A stretch of 64,000 nt of DNA, from assembly GCF_001194135.2 (NCBI RefSeq), contig NC_068981.1, positions 193,195,339 to 193,259,338 on the forward strand, given 5' to 3'. This DNA is from Octopus bimaculoides (taxonomy: Eukaryota). Made by a program: the position numbers and the translations under genes. Each line of letters starts with the position of its first letter. The stretch's first letter is position 1. The notes beneath the pieces are model-generated. The model did not search any database. It worked only from the letters and a program-made list of their open reading frames with translations, and had not been told where the DNA came from. This document shows, piece after piece, positions 13,330 to 25,599 of the stretch.

Positions 13330-14010
13330 AGACCAGTTTCCTGGTTTTTATGTCCATATGCTAGATTTCACTCAGATTCCAGTTGATGACATTAAGATTA
13401 TATTAAACATCTGGTACTACCAGGGAGCTTATAGCTGCAATTCTATTCTGAGAGTTCAGCTCAGCATTTAGAACCATTCTGACACATCAATAATAATCTT
13501 TCCTGATCTTCTCTTTCACTGATCCATGCTGAATCCCTTTCCCTTCATGTACCTCAAGATACTTATAAAAGCCTTCTTGATCCAGGTCCTTGATAGATGT
13601 ATCATGATCAAGGTGGGTCATGGTATTAGCTGTAAGTTTACCACATTTGAATGAAGCTTTTGCACACTTGTCAAGGCCAAATTCCATATTTATGTCATCA
13701 CTGAATTTTTTCCCAGTTATTAGTAGCCCTTCCAGATCCTTGTCATCTTTTGCATATCATTTCAGATCATCCATGTAGAGCAAGTGTGAGATAATCTTGT
13801 CAAACACTTTGTAACTGTGATTTGTTCTATTCAGCTCATGGAACAAGAGAATGAGAGAAAGACAAAAGAGGAAAAGGGAGAGTGAATTGCCCTGGAATAT
13901 TTCCACAGTTTATTTTGATGTTCTCTGATTCATATGAGCCTTTCTCATGATTGAGAAACAATTTTGTGTTTCACAGTCCCATACTGTGCTGTAGAAAACC
14001 TTTTACAGAA
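13330..14010 (-). mobile_element. R4/Dong-type (REL-endonuclease) LINE reverse transcriptase fragment
   Basis: Minus strand GIFQGNSLSLFLFCLSL...ISHLLYMDDLK*YAKDDKDLEGLL...FSDDINMEFGLDKCAKASFKCGKL contains the YMDD RT motif and the FGLDKCA signature. Confidence 0.85.
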
Positions 14011-14057
14011 GGAGAGGTCTTGTATATTTTTATATATTGTATATTATTATTATTATT

Positions 14058-14108
<51 letters not shown>

Positions 14109-14510
14109 ATTATTATTTATATAATATCATGTTATAGTCTCAATATAGTCAAATTACCAAATGGTTTCATGCTAGAAATGGAGAGTAGCCATTTCTGATA
14201 TCATGAGACTATAATATGATATCCAGTAATAATAATAATATAGCCGTTCCATTACTTTATATATGAGTGCCTGTTTTTTCCTAATCATAGATTTTTAGAC
14301 AATACTATATATATGCATATGTGTGTGTATGACAGGATTCTTTCAGTTTCCATCAATGAATCTACTCATGAGGCTTTGGTTGGCCAAGGGCTTTTTTAGA
14401 AGCTGCTTGCTCAAAGTGTCAAGTTGTAGAAATGCATCTGAAATGACGTGGTTGGGAAGCAAACTTCTAAACCATAGGAATTGTTAGCATATATTACACA
14501 AGCATCTGAA

Positions 14511-15365
14511 TCATATATTTATCTGGTTTGGGTATAACCTGTTGCCAAATGCTGGCACCAAAGTAATATCAGTCTGTGTTGTTTTGTGCAAACTTAAAAT
14601 ACTTTGATTACATTGAAAAAAATTTCTTTCACAAATTATCCTATTGGAATCTGTTAGATCAGTCTGGGAACTTTTTACATGGTTATGTTTTTGATTTTCC
14701 TCTGGTTTATTTGTGTTTAAATAAAGAAAAACTTCAGATCTGAAAGAAGTTTTGATATTTTCATATTTGTTATAATAACTTTTAGTTTTGCAGGAATCAA
14801 AGTCATTGATTTCTTTGTTACAATTCTTTTGGTTATCTTTTTCGAAACTGGAAATATTTTTGATATTACTTGCAGATCTCTCAGAACTGCTGAAACTACT
14901 TAAGAAATCATGACCACAGTAATTGTGAGCTGCCACAGAATTAAGTTTCTCCTTATGAAATCTATTTCCAGAATGATTCCTACAGCTCACTTCTGAGCAT
15001 GTTTTACTGTGCTTGGAATTATTTGAAGAATTCTGAACAAAAACGGTGATGGATGTTGAATACCATGCTCTATTATGTATCTCATTGTTGCTATTGTTGT
15101 TTTGGAGTTGGTTACAGGTTTGGCTGTTCTGAGTTATCTCTCTGGAATTGTTGCCAGAGGAATAAACTGTAATATCATCTGTACCACAAGTAATATAAGG
15201 AGTTCCAACAGGTGTACATACACTCCTACAACAATTCTTATTAATTTCTGAACCATTTCTTTGACTTTCAGGGAGATAAGGAAAGTGATAGGAACAATAT
15301 GAACCAGTGTTAGAAACTCTATTAGAAACAGAAGTGGCATCTGTGATATTATTATTATAATTATA

Positions 15366-15421
<56 letters not shown>

Positions 15422-17198
15422 TATTAGGCCAACATGGTTCTGATGGTAAGGGCAGTTGCTGATCATGCTCTAGAGACAGCTCTTCCATTACACACCTAAA
15501 GTTTGGAGAAACACATTGGAACAGAAGTGGATTCCTTCGTTGTATTTTCTCTGAAAATTTTCTCTCAGCGGAAGTCATCCGCTTCCTCTCAGAAATTTTC
15601 ACCGACTGAAGTTGTGTATTTCTACTGGAATAAATTTTGGGATTTCTAATTTTCTTTTCTTTATATCTAGTCTTGAGTATCTTGTTTCTGTCTATAGGAA
15701 CATTGATTATAGTTAAGGGAGAAGCAAGAGAAGATGAGAAGCTAGATGGTGAGTTCATCTTTTGGCAACTCAATAATAATCTTGGTCTTTTCTGACATAA
15801 CACATCCCTCTCTGGGGCCCCATCAGATGGAACTTTTGAGTCAAATGATTCAATGGAATTTGAACCTGGTCCAAAAATATCATCTGATTCAAAACTTTCT
15901 CTAAATTTTTTTTCTATTGACCCTAAACACAATTTATTTCTTGGTAGAGTGACATTGGGTATTTCACTACATTCTTTATTAATTCTTTCCTTCGAATTAA
16001 ATGTCTGAGTGGATGTATTTGGATTTATGTTAAATATTTCTTGATCTACATTATATGATTCCAATACCTTCCTATAGTTATCACAAGATTTAACTCCCCC
16101 ACTATTCACAACATTCACTTCAAAATTCATATCACATGTCTTCATCTCTTCAGTACTTGATTCACAAGGTTTCTTATCTTCTGACTGACTATTAATCTCA
16201 GAGTTTTTTTCATTGTCAGAAGTTTTTGTTATATCATAGACATCATTCATTCTGTTGTCAGGAGTTGTCAAAAATTGCCGTTGTTGCAGAGTTATCTGTT
16301 TGTTATAAGAATCATCAAACTTCATGAAACATCTTTGCACTTCTTCAATTTCTTCATGGATGCTTTTTTGTTTGTAAAATATTCCTTTATCTTCAATAGA
16401 CTTCTGATCAATTAGACAATTTTCTTCAAAATCTGATGTCTGTTCAATTAAGATATTCTTTAAATTTCGGTTTTGATTGTTGAATATCTCAGCTTCAGAA
16501 CATTTTTTTTGTGCTGAGAACTGCTCTAAAGGTTGATTTCTGCCAATATCATTGCAAAAAGAATCAGTTTTATTTCCTTCTATAGAATTTTCATGGCAAT
16601 TCTTTATATTTCTTTGTTTATTATCATCATTATTCTCAATGACAGTTTCCATAGAATCTTGCATTGTCAGTGAGTCAAAGTTGAATCTTTTCAAACCATT
16701 CCTTTGCAACTTTGGTTTCTGTGATGTATAACAGATTCTGAGAAATCTTTCTGGTATTTTAGTAGCTGTATAGAACTCAACATTTGAGAGCATTTCTTCA
16801 GTGCTAACACTCATGGCATTATTCTTTGACTGAGAAATCAATGACAGATCATCTTCTATTCTTGATTCTCCAGGATTTCTTTGCTGGCTGCAATTATCAA
16901 AGCTTTCAATGCTCTCATTAAATATGTCATCTTTTATGGAATTTCCAAAAAGACTACTAGAGGGTGAGCTACATAATGAACTGGTTGACTCTTCCACATA
17001 GTTTCTTCGGAATGCTGAATTCAATATATTGTCATATCTCTGAAAATAGTTCTCTTCACTTACTGAGCTCTCAGTGGAACTGGAATTAGAACTGGAACTG
17101 GCTGAATTATCATCATAATTAGAGGTTAATGAATATTTACGATCATCTGTTGCATATTTCTCATCAGAAGATGTAAGAGGAAATGCTTTTGAAGACAT
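14511..17198 (-). CDS. Uncharacterised 895-aa Ser/Asn/Glu/Lys-rich, probably disordered protein (single exon or large terminal exon)
   Basis: Uninterrupted 2688-nt ORF in AT-rich DNA where chance ORFs are under about 500 nt. No transposon motifs. In-frame stop 27 nt upstream of the ATG. Poly-Asn tract encoded by (AAT)n at about 15350-15425. Confidence 0.8.
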
Positions 17199-18798
17199 TT
17201 TAAAGGTTTCTTTCGCAAGGCAATAATTTCAATAATTTCCAGTCTTCTTTGATAAAAGAATATTCCAAAAGGAGAGATTAAATGGTAATTTCCATCAAGA
17301 TAGGAACTGGTGTTCAGTCAGTGAGGAAACCCTTTTTTCGAAAATACACTGCATTAGTTTCAAATAATTCAGAAGATAATGAAGAATTTAATAAAATATT
17401 TCATTTTCGTATTTGGTTTGTAAGATTCTTGGCATGAAATCATGTGCTGAAACAGATTTTGTTATACCTTTGGAGGATTATTATGCCAATGATCACTACA
17501 TACACTGATTCAATTTCATTTTTTTCATTATTAAAATAACTTTCTCATTATGAAGCTGGTGTTTGAAACAAATTAAAATGATTTTTTGATGGATGGTTTT
17601 AATTTAGATCATTTCGAAATGGAATGTTTGTATCAAAGAATCAAGGGGTGGTCTCAGCTCAGTTGACATCAAAAGGGTTATACCATTTCTTTAATAAGAG
17701 ATTCTTTATAAATAATTCTATTTTTCTTTTCAAAGAAGCATCAATCTTTAGAATGAATTATTATGCTTAATTTTTGAAATATTATTTATTGTAGTTTTAC
17801 TGATATTTCATATATAAAATTTATTGCAGCAGAAAAGTTTCAAAAGACTTAATTTGCTTGATTGAAATAAGGATTCTTTCCTGGCTAAAGTTCTAATATG
17901 ATTCTAATGAAATACATTATGTGTCTTAATTAAATTTGAAAATAATCAACAATTTGATGGAATTTAGTAAAATGACTTTTTCATCATAAGACCATTGTTT
18001 GGAATATAGCAAAACCTTTCAAAATAAAATTAGGATGGATGGTTTGATTTAAAACATTTCTGTATTAAAGAACTAAAGGTAGGTTGGCATTAAAAAGGGC
18101 TAACCATTTTGTTGAGAAAATGCAAATTCTGATATATTCTTCACAGATGTTGCCAATATATTAAAGTGTCGAAAAATAAATTGGGACATTATAGTAAAAG
18201 CTCACATTTCAAGGTAATGTGACTTAGGTATGTGTCCTCTGTTCCGTATCAGTAGACATAGCTGAATATTTCATTGTATATTGTGTTAAATGATGCCAAT
18301 GTATAATAGGTTAGTTGTATAATTAAGAAGATTCTCAATGTTTTACAGTTTCAGTTTCAGTTTTGACAGTTTGATGTCAATTAGTGACAATTAATGATAC
18401 AGAGCTGGAAGTGGTGTGAAATCATTAGAATTATGAACTCATTAGCTATGTTAATGAGTATATCTCCAATCTACTTTATATTAGCATCACCTCACTGGAT
18501 TTGGTGTTTGCGAACACAAACATCATTAAGTGAGTTTTTTTTTTTAGCGAAAGAGTGAGTTGTTGTCTCACATCTGGTCAACTCTTGATCCAGCAGACTT
18601 ATGATCAGAGACATTCCAGCCAGGACCATCCCATCTTTCCAGACATAACTTTATCTGATACTACACTATCCAATATGTCTTCTTTACTTTTTTTAAGGTA
18701 GCAGATATTATTTGAGAGAGGTTGTTATATCTAGCATGTCAAGCAACCTTATATAGACTTTCTCAGTGACTTGAGAGCAATACTGTTGTTGTTGTTGC

Positions 18799-18829
<31 letters not shown>

Positions 18830-19385
18830 GCTGCTGCTGCTGCTGCTATTGTTGATGTTGTGTAGGTAGGATCTGAAAGAGATTTATTTACTATATCTAG
18901 CAAATTGAGTGAAAATCTAGTGGCTCTCTCATTGTCTTGTGAAAGACTTTGTTATTGGAATCGGAATCATTTGAAAGAAAATCTATATATTTTTTCTTGT
19001 GTGAAAGACATTTCAGTATATCTTAATTAAAAATTACATATGTACTTGTTGTCATTAATGATCTTCAGTGTGTTAGTAATTAATATTCCAATACTGAAAG
19101 CAAATCATCTTCATCTGTTGTTTTCTGAAACAAAAAAAACAGATTCTAAATTTATATGTGAGGAGATTTATGTTAGATATGAATGCAGAAAAAAAAGTAC
19201 CCTATTTTTCAAAATAGCAGACACATTTTTCTTGTAAAAATGTATACTTTGGAAATTACAATTAGAGGTTGCTACAGACGTTTTTGAAAGGGATATTACT
19301 CAGCTCCAGTAGGAGGGACATATGTCTGACAGGTACCATTTGGTCGATGATGTCTTAGCATTTTTTTCCCTCTTCATGTGAAGCT

Positions 19386-19992
19386 ATGGCACTGTGGATG
19401 ATAGAGCATCGTGTGTTTGCCTACGACAGTTATGTGAAGAATGACGAGTCTGTCACAACAGTTCAGCATGAGTTTCGGCACCACTTCAGCATTCACTGAA
19501 ATCAGGCTGTTTCCACCTGTAACACAGTCTTACGTTGGGTAAATGCCTTTCATACACAAGGTACACTAATGAACAGGAGACTTGTTGGGGCTCCATGAAT
19601 GGTACGGACCCCAGAAAATGTGGAACACGCCAGACAAGCTTTGATATGGAGCCCAAATTGCTTTGCTTGGAGGCATTCTACTGAACTTGGCATCGGCAAT
19701 TGATTAGTAAGGCATATTTTGCATGAAGACCTGCATTTCTACCTGTACAAATTGGGCATTGGGCAACGATTGAAACCATGGGACTATGCACAGTGGCTTA
19801 ACTTCACACATCAGATGGAAGCAATTTTTGAGGCAAATGACAACCTTATTTTGTTAATGAGTGATGAAGCTCATTTTCATCTCATTGGCATGGTGAATCA
19901 ACAGAACTGTCATTATTGAGCTCTTGAAAATCTGAGAGGACTGTATGAAAGACCACTGCACAGCCCAAAAGTGATGGTCTGGTGTGCTGTTG
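19386..19992 (+). mobile_element. Tc1/mariner-superfamily transposase pseudogene (maT/DD37D-like, DUF4817-type N-terminus), 3'-truncated by a SINE
   Basis: MALWMIEHRVFAYDSYVKNDESVTTVQHEFRHHF...LMSDEAHFHLIGMVNQQNCHY*ALENLRGLYERPLHSPKVMVWCAV, with internal stops. Confidence 0.85.
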
Positions 19993-19995
19993 GAA

Positions 19996-20240
19996 TTAAT
20001 GTACAAGTGGCTGAGCACTCCACAGACATATCTATCCTTAATGTAGTTTTCAGGGAGATTCAGCTTGATGCACAATGAAACAAGTCTGACCCTCTGAATT
20101 ACAGGTACTACTCATTTTTGCCAGCTGAGTGTTTTGAAGCAATGTGAAATAAAGTGTCTTGCTCAAGGACAGAATGCATTGCCAGGAATCAAATTCATGG
20201 CCTTGGGATCATGAGTGGAATACCCTAATCACTTAGCCAT
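19996..20240 (-). mobile_element. tRNA-derived SINE of a third family (also 27330-27600 -; related pieces at 172-400 + and 58790-58980 +)
   Basis: Shared block GTGGCTGAGCACTCCACAGACA...GTGAAATAAAGTGTCTTGCTCAAGG. The minus-strand head TTAGTGGTTAGGGTA...GAGTTCAATTCC is tRNA-like (clearest in the 27330-27600 copy). Confidence 0.7.
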
Positions 20241-20816
20241 GCACCTTCACAACAATAAAACCCAACAGCAAACCCCCAGGTATGTACTCATTGTCTGGTG
20301 GTTTCATTCAAAGGTAGGTATGAACACTTCACTGGTTTACCTTCCAATTTTATCTGACCACAAGCATTTAGCATGTACCTGCCAGGTACTGCCTCATTGT
20401 GTGCATGGGGCTTTGGTGAATAAAAGAAAATTTTTCCTAGAATTACAATTTCCAAAATTTAGGTGCATCTCCTATTCTGCAGCATCTACCATGGTACCAA
20501 ATATGGCAAATTATAGACAAAGATTATTGAAGAATGGCTGAAATAATTTTGACTCACAACAGGTCTCATCTAATTTGTCTAAGAGAAATACTTAGCAGCC
20601 ATTTTCAAATGAGTGTTACCTGGCAACATGCACCATGCTTTTGCTCAATGTTTTAGGTACCATGAGCAGACATAGATACCTTCTTCACTCTCTCACCCCA
20701 GATCCAGCAAAATCTCAAGGATATGATACCTACAGGGGAAGAGAGTGCTATACCACACCTTGTTGGTACCTGTTTTCAGATGAGTTTTGTGGAGTAACAT
20801 GAAATGAAGTGCCTTG

Positions 20817-20875
<59 letters not shown>

Positions 20876-20930
20876 TTGTAAAATAATATTGACTTGAAAA
20901 GTTGTTCAAGTTCTACAAGTAAAACAACCA

Positions 20931-21080
20931 ATGAACTCCTTCATACAACATAACAGAATTTATGAAAAAATTTTTTTTTTCAAAAAACTTTAATCATATC
21001 NNNNNNNNNNATGAACTCCTTCATACAACATAACAGAATTTATGAAAAAATTTTTTTTTTCAAAAAACTTTAATCATATC
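20931..21080. other. 70-bp exact duplication across a 10-N gap (probable unmerged contig overlap)
   Basis: 20931-21000 is identical to 21011-21080. Confidence 0.85.
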
Positions 21081-21084
21081 TGCT

Positions 21085-21152
21085 GCTATTGCCTCAGGTC
21101 AACCAAAGCCTTGAGAGTGGATTTAGTAGACAGAAACTGAAAGAGGCCCATC

Positions 21153-21188
<36 letters not shown>

Positions 21189-21400
21189 GTATATATTTGT
21201 GCATGTCTCTATGTTTGTGCCCCCACCTTCGCTTGACAACCAGTGTTGTTGTGTTTATGTCCCTGGAACTTAGTGGTTCGGCAAAAGAGACCGGTACAAT
21301 AAGTACTAGACTTACAAAGAATAAGTCCTGGGGTTGATTTATCCAACTAAAGGTGATGCTCTAGCATGGCTGCTGTCAAATGACTGAAATAAGTAAAAGA
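21085..21400 (+). mobile_element. Major tRNA-SINE copy with internal (TA)n(CA)n microsatellite (near-complete copy also at 37235-37632)
   Basis: GACAGAAACTGAAAGAGGCCC + microsatellite + CCCCCACCTTCGCTTGACAACC...GGTGATGCTCTAGCATGGCTGCTGTCAAATGACTGAAATAAGTAAAAGA. Confidence 0.75.
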
Positions 21401-21821
21401 ATATATATATATATATATATATANNNNNNNNNNNNNNNNNNNNNNNNNNNNNNNNNNNNNNNNNNNNNNNNNNNNNNNNNNNNNNNNNNNNNNNNNNNNN
21501 NNNNNNNNNNNNNNNNNNNNNNNNNNNNNNNNNNNNNNNNNNNNNNNNNNNNNNNNNNNNNNNNNNNNNNNNNNNNNNNNNNNNNNNNNNNNNNNNNNNN
21601 NNNNNNNNNNNNNNNNNNNNNNNNNNNNNNNNNNNNNNNNNNNNNNNNNNNNNNNNNNNNNNNNNNNTCTGCCAAATTTAGATTGGAGCCTGGTGTTGCC
21701 ATCCGGTTTCACCAGTCCTCAGTCAAGTCGTCCAACCCATGCTAGCATGGAAAGCGGTTGTTAAACGATGATGATGATGATGATGATGATATATATATAT
21801 GTATATATATATAGGTTATGA

Positions 21822-22073
21822 GCGATAGTGGTGTCAATTAGACCAAGAGGTTTCAGGTAATGCTGAGTAAGTGCTATAGTTAAGCTCCAGGTTCGGTGAT
21901 TATGTGAATAAGGGGTCCAACGTAGGTCATATATCAGCGTGTGAATATAAGGATTTACTTTTCGTAATGAGATAAAAGAACCAAGATTGTGTATAATATA
22001 GAACATTTATAAATAGAAGGTCTATATTATACACAGCCTTGGTTTTTTTTATTTCATTACAAAAAGTAAATCC

Positions 22074-22076
<3 letters not shown>
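21822..22076 (-). mobile_element. Second copy of the 690-1220 Penelope-type pseudo-LTR, with a short inverted tail
   Basis: 21822-22023 is the reverse complement of 1016-1220 (about 90% identical by eye). 22024-22076 repeats about 1042-1092 in the forward orientation. Confidence 0.8.
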
Positions 22077-22122
<46 letters not shown>

Positions 22123-22128
<6 letters not shown>

Positions 22129-22546
22129 ATTTTGGGATGGTCATTTTATTTATTTACTTTTTTTTTTGGCCAAGTAAACACATACATTATATATTTATTT
22201 TTTTTACTTGTTTATTACTGTTCTTATTCATTTTATGTCCATTGTCCTGAAATCTTTTGTCACACATCTGTGACCTCTTCAGCGACACTTTTCATTTCCA
22301 TGTGTGTTCTTGCTCCACTTACTCTATTCTGAAGAAGAGAATTGAGTAAGTGGAGCAAGAGCACATATGGAAATGAAAAGTGTCGCTGAAAAAGTTGTAG
22401 ATGTGTGATGAAAGATTTCTGGACAATGGACATAAAATAAATGAGAACAGTAATAAACGAGTGAAGAAAAAAAAAAAATATAGTGCGTGTGTTTATTTGG
22501 TAAAAACAAAAACATATAAATAAAATGACCATCCCGAAATACAACA
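22123..22546. repeat. About 420-bp imperfect palindrome (foldback) with a short central loop
   Basis: Outer arms TGTTGTATTTTGGGATGGTCATTTTATTTA / TAAATAAAATGACCATCCCGAAATACAACA. Inner arms GCTCCACTTACTC / GAGTAAGTGGAGC around TATTCTGAAGAAGAGAATT. Confidence 0.9.
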
Positions 22547-23929
22547 CTATCTGTTTCAACACACGATTTTACATCAGGAATCTTGCAAAACAAATTGATA
22601 TATATGTAACTGTCCGAAATGGTCGTGACTTCTGGAACTTGACTGAGGAAAGAAAGCCACGAATGACCCGTCTTTTTTTGCCTGTCCTTCTAATTGTTGT
22701 TTCTCTTGTCTGCCTTTGTATCATCCATCTGTCCGAATGTTTTAATGTCCTCTATTGTATTGTTGTTCCATTTATATATATATATATATATATATGTATA
22801 TTATTAAATACATATCCTAATCTATATGTTTTGTGTATTAAGTGGCTGCAATAGCATTGCAGAGTAAATAAACTCTTAGTGTCACCAGTGTTAAAACAAC
22901 TTAGTCATGGACAGGTGAGATAACTAACCCTCAATCCCATTTGGGAGTAATGGACATTGATATTTCGTCATTTTCATGGCTTGTCAGCATCACATGCCGA
23001 CTTGGGTTGAAGGAATAAAAACAGAGTACATCTGTGTAGGTGATGCGTTAGAATTGAATATGTTCTGTGTCTGTGTACGTGTCATTCATCTGAGAAAGTA
23101 GTAGACTATCTCATGTGTTGTCTCTTTGTCTGGAGCCTTTCAAGTTCTCTCTGCCTCTCTACATCTTGAACCTTTCTCGCATACTCTGTCTTTCTGCATC
23201 CTAGGCCTTTCTGTCTGTCCCTCTGCCGAACACAGTATTTATAATAGCCGTGGCAGCTAAAAGGACAGACATACTGCAGGAGAGATCGTGTTTAAATAGG
23301 TCAGCTCCTGTCCATTTGAACTTCACGTGACATGGCTGAGGTCGTAGGTCAAAGGGAGATGATTTATCATTTTTTGACAGGACAAAGAAAATTCGTTTTG
23401 TGCCTGTTGATGGTGGTGGTTCAGACGAGCGAGAATCCTTAGATTCGGTTTCGAATCTAAGCTTGGAGGAAAGAAGTATTAGTTTTTACATAAATATTAA
23501 TGGTTTGTAGGTATGTGGTATTTCGTTATGCAAACATATACTACAAAGTATATTAAATGAAAGAGAGGAGGAGAATGATTTGGAAAGGCATGAAGAATAG
23601 GAGGAGTAGTGATTTATAGCTGGTAGCTACAGGAGAAGCTAAATGACAGGTTTACTTAGCAAAGGGAGAAGCAGAAAGTAAGAGGTTTGCCAATGTGCTA
23701 CTTTGTAACTATCAGAGGTATGAAATGTTCCAGATTTTAAGGTAGTGTATCAGAGAGAATAGAGATGTGGGTGAGAAGTGTGCATGGATGGATAATGGCA
23801 CATTTGCACTAAGTGATGGAAAGTTATTAAATGTGGAGAATGTCTGAGAGAAAGAGGATTTTTCCAACATGAACCCAATGGAAGGATCAGCCATTCTAGT
23901 AGATGGTAGTATGTAAGATAAAACACTTA

Positions 23930-24960
23930 AGATATGAAAGCAGGAAGAGCTCCTGATCCATTAGAAATTATCACTGAGATGCTTAAAATATCTGGTAGAG
24001 TAGGATTTGTCCTACTCACCCATATAATCAATGAGGTTGTTCAAAAAGGTGACAAACCTAATGCCTGGCATAGCTGCCTATAGTCAACAAGGTAAAGGAG
24101 ATACCTTAGAGAGAAGTAGTTACAAGAGTATCAAATTGCAGTACCAGCTCATGAAAGTTACAGAAAAAATTATTGCTCAATTAATTAGAAAGAGGAATTG
24201 CATAGATGAGATTCAATTTGGTTTTGTGCCAATGAAGGTGAGAGTTAGCAATGAATACTGCAATGAATTCAGCAGGCAGATAGATGTTTATCAGGTCTTG
24301 GTTCTCAGCCCTGTTCTATTCGTCATAGACCTCCAAGTCATAACTAAGGAATTAAAAACCAGCTTTCCATTAGAAATCCTATATGATGATGACCTCATTC
24401 TTATAGCTGAATCTGCTGTAGAATTAAAAAAGACATTTCTGATATAGAAGCAAAAACCAGAATGAAAGGGCCCCCAAATTTCCTTAGCAAAGACCAAAGT
24501 TTTAGTAAATAGGAAAGCAGACAGATTCTACTTTCATCAAGGAAATAGCCTTGCTTGATATGTAGAAAAGGTGTAGGTAGAAGTTCCATATGTACCCAGT
24601 GCAAACTATAGACATATAAGAGATACAGTAGTATCATAGGAAGGTTAACAGATAAAATGGACTTTGCATGTGGAATATATGCAGAAGCAATAAACACTGA
24701 GAATGCACAGGAAACAGATTTTCTCAAATTCCCAGGAGGATCTCTAGAGGCTGGAGATAACTTTTGTTATTTAGGTGATCTAATTAGTAGTGGAGGAAGA
24801 CGTTCTGAGAGTATAGTAGCCAAATCAAAGATTTCTCTCTCAGAGTAAAAAGTAGACTGTATGATACTTGCGTATGAAATGTAATGTTATCATGTTAGTG
24901 AGATGTAGGCCCTGAATACAGAAAACTTGGAAACTAAAAAGAAATGAAGCAGCACCAAGC
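23930..24960 (+). mobile_element. RTE-clade LINE RT fragment (internally deleted, frameshifted)
   Basis: QGKGDTLERSSYKSIKL...IDEIQFGFVP...KVRVSNEY...VLSPVLFV...LEILYDDDLILIAES...LEAGDNFCYLGDLISSGG are RTE RT motifs. Confidence 0.85.
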
Positions 24961-25599
24961 CCAGTTGTGATAGGAGAAAGGTGTAGGCATAAGGGTTAGC
25001 AGTCTTGCACTATCAATTTTCGTCATTGTTACTGGAACAACACCAAGGAGAATATGAAACCTATCCTGAAAAGAGGAGGTAATCCTCATAGATGATATGA
25101 AGCAATGTAATGAAGGCCAAAAAAAAAAATGTTATAATGTAGAACATTCCTCTCTCATCGAGGACAACCAAACAGCTGGGAACATGGAATGTCACATATT
25201 CAAAATCAGAAAGCAGCCCAGATTGTCACTCAGATGAAGCTCTACAATCTCCATATTAAGCTTTTGTGAGGCAACATGGTTGAAGTCAGGGCAGATGTTC
25301 CTGGCTACAGGGTAAACTCTGCTCCACTCAGAGCATGTAAAGGACACATCAAAGGAGACAGAAATACAGAAGGCCAAAAAGAACATGGAGAAAGTACATG
25401 GAAATCGAAGCATTGGCTAGTGATGATATCTGGGTACAACAGCAATTTGCTAAACATTGAGACAGGCTGGGATCTCACTCATAATTATTTATCAACACAG
25501 ACATGACTTAAAGATTTATATATTGCATAAAAATCTGTGTATATATTAAATATTAAATATTAATTTCAAACAAATTTATGAGACAACACTTCAAATTTG

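Noticed and set aside
15134-15466. Overlapping 110-aa ORF with poly-Ile
   Set aside because: Alternative-frame reading of the (AAT)n tract in the main ORF.
20931-21080. Biological tandem duplication
   Set aside because: Exact 70-bp identity on either side of a 10-N gap indicates an assembly overlap.
22552-22580. Minus-strand CTGATGT...GAAAC hammerhead candidate
   Set aside because: A9 is lost, and there is no convincing stem II or stem I pairing.
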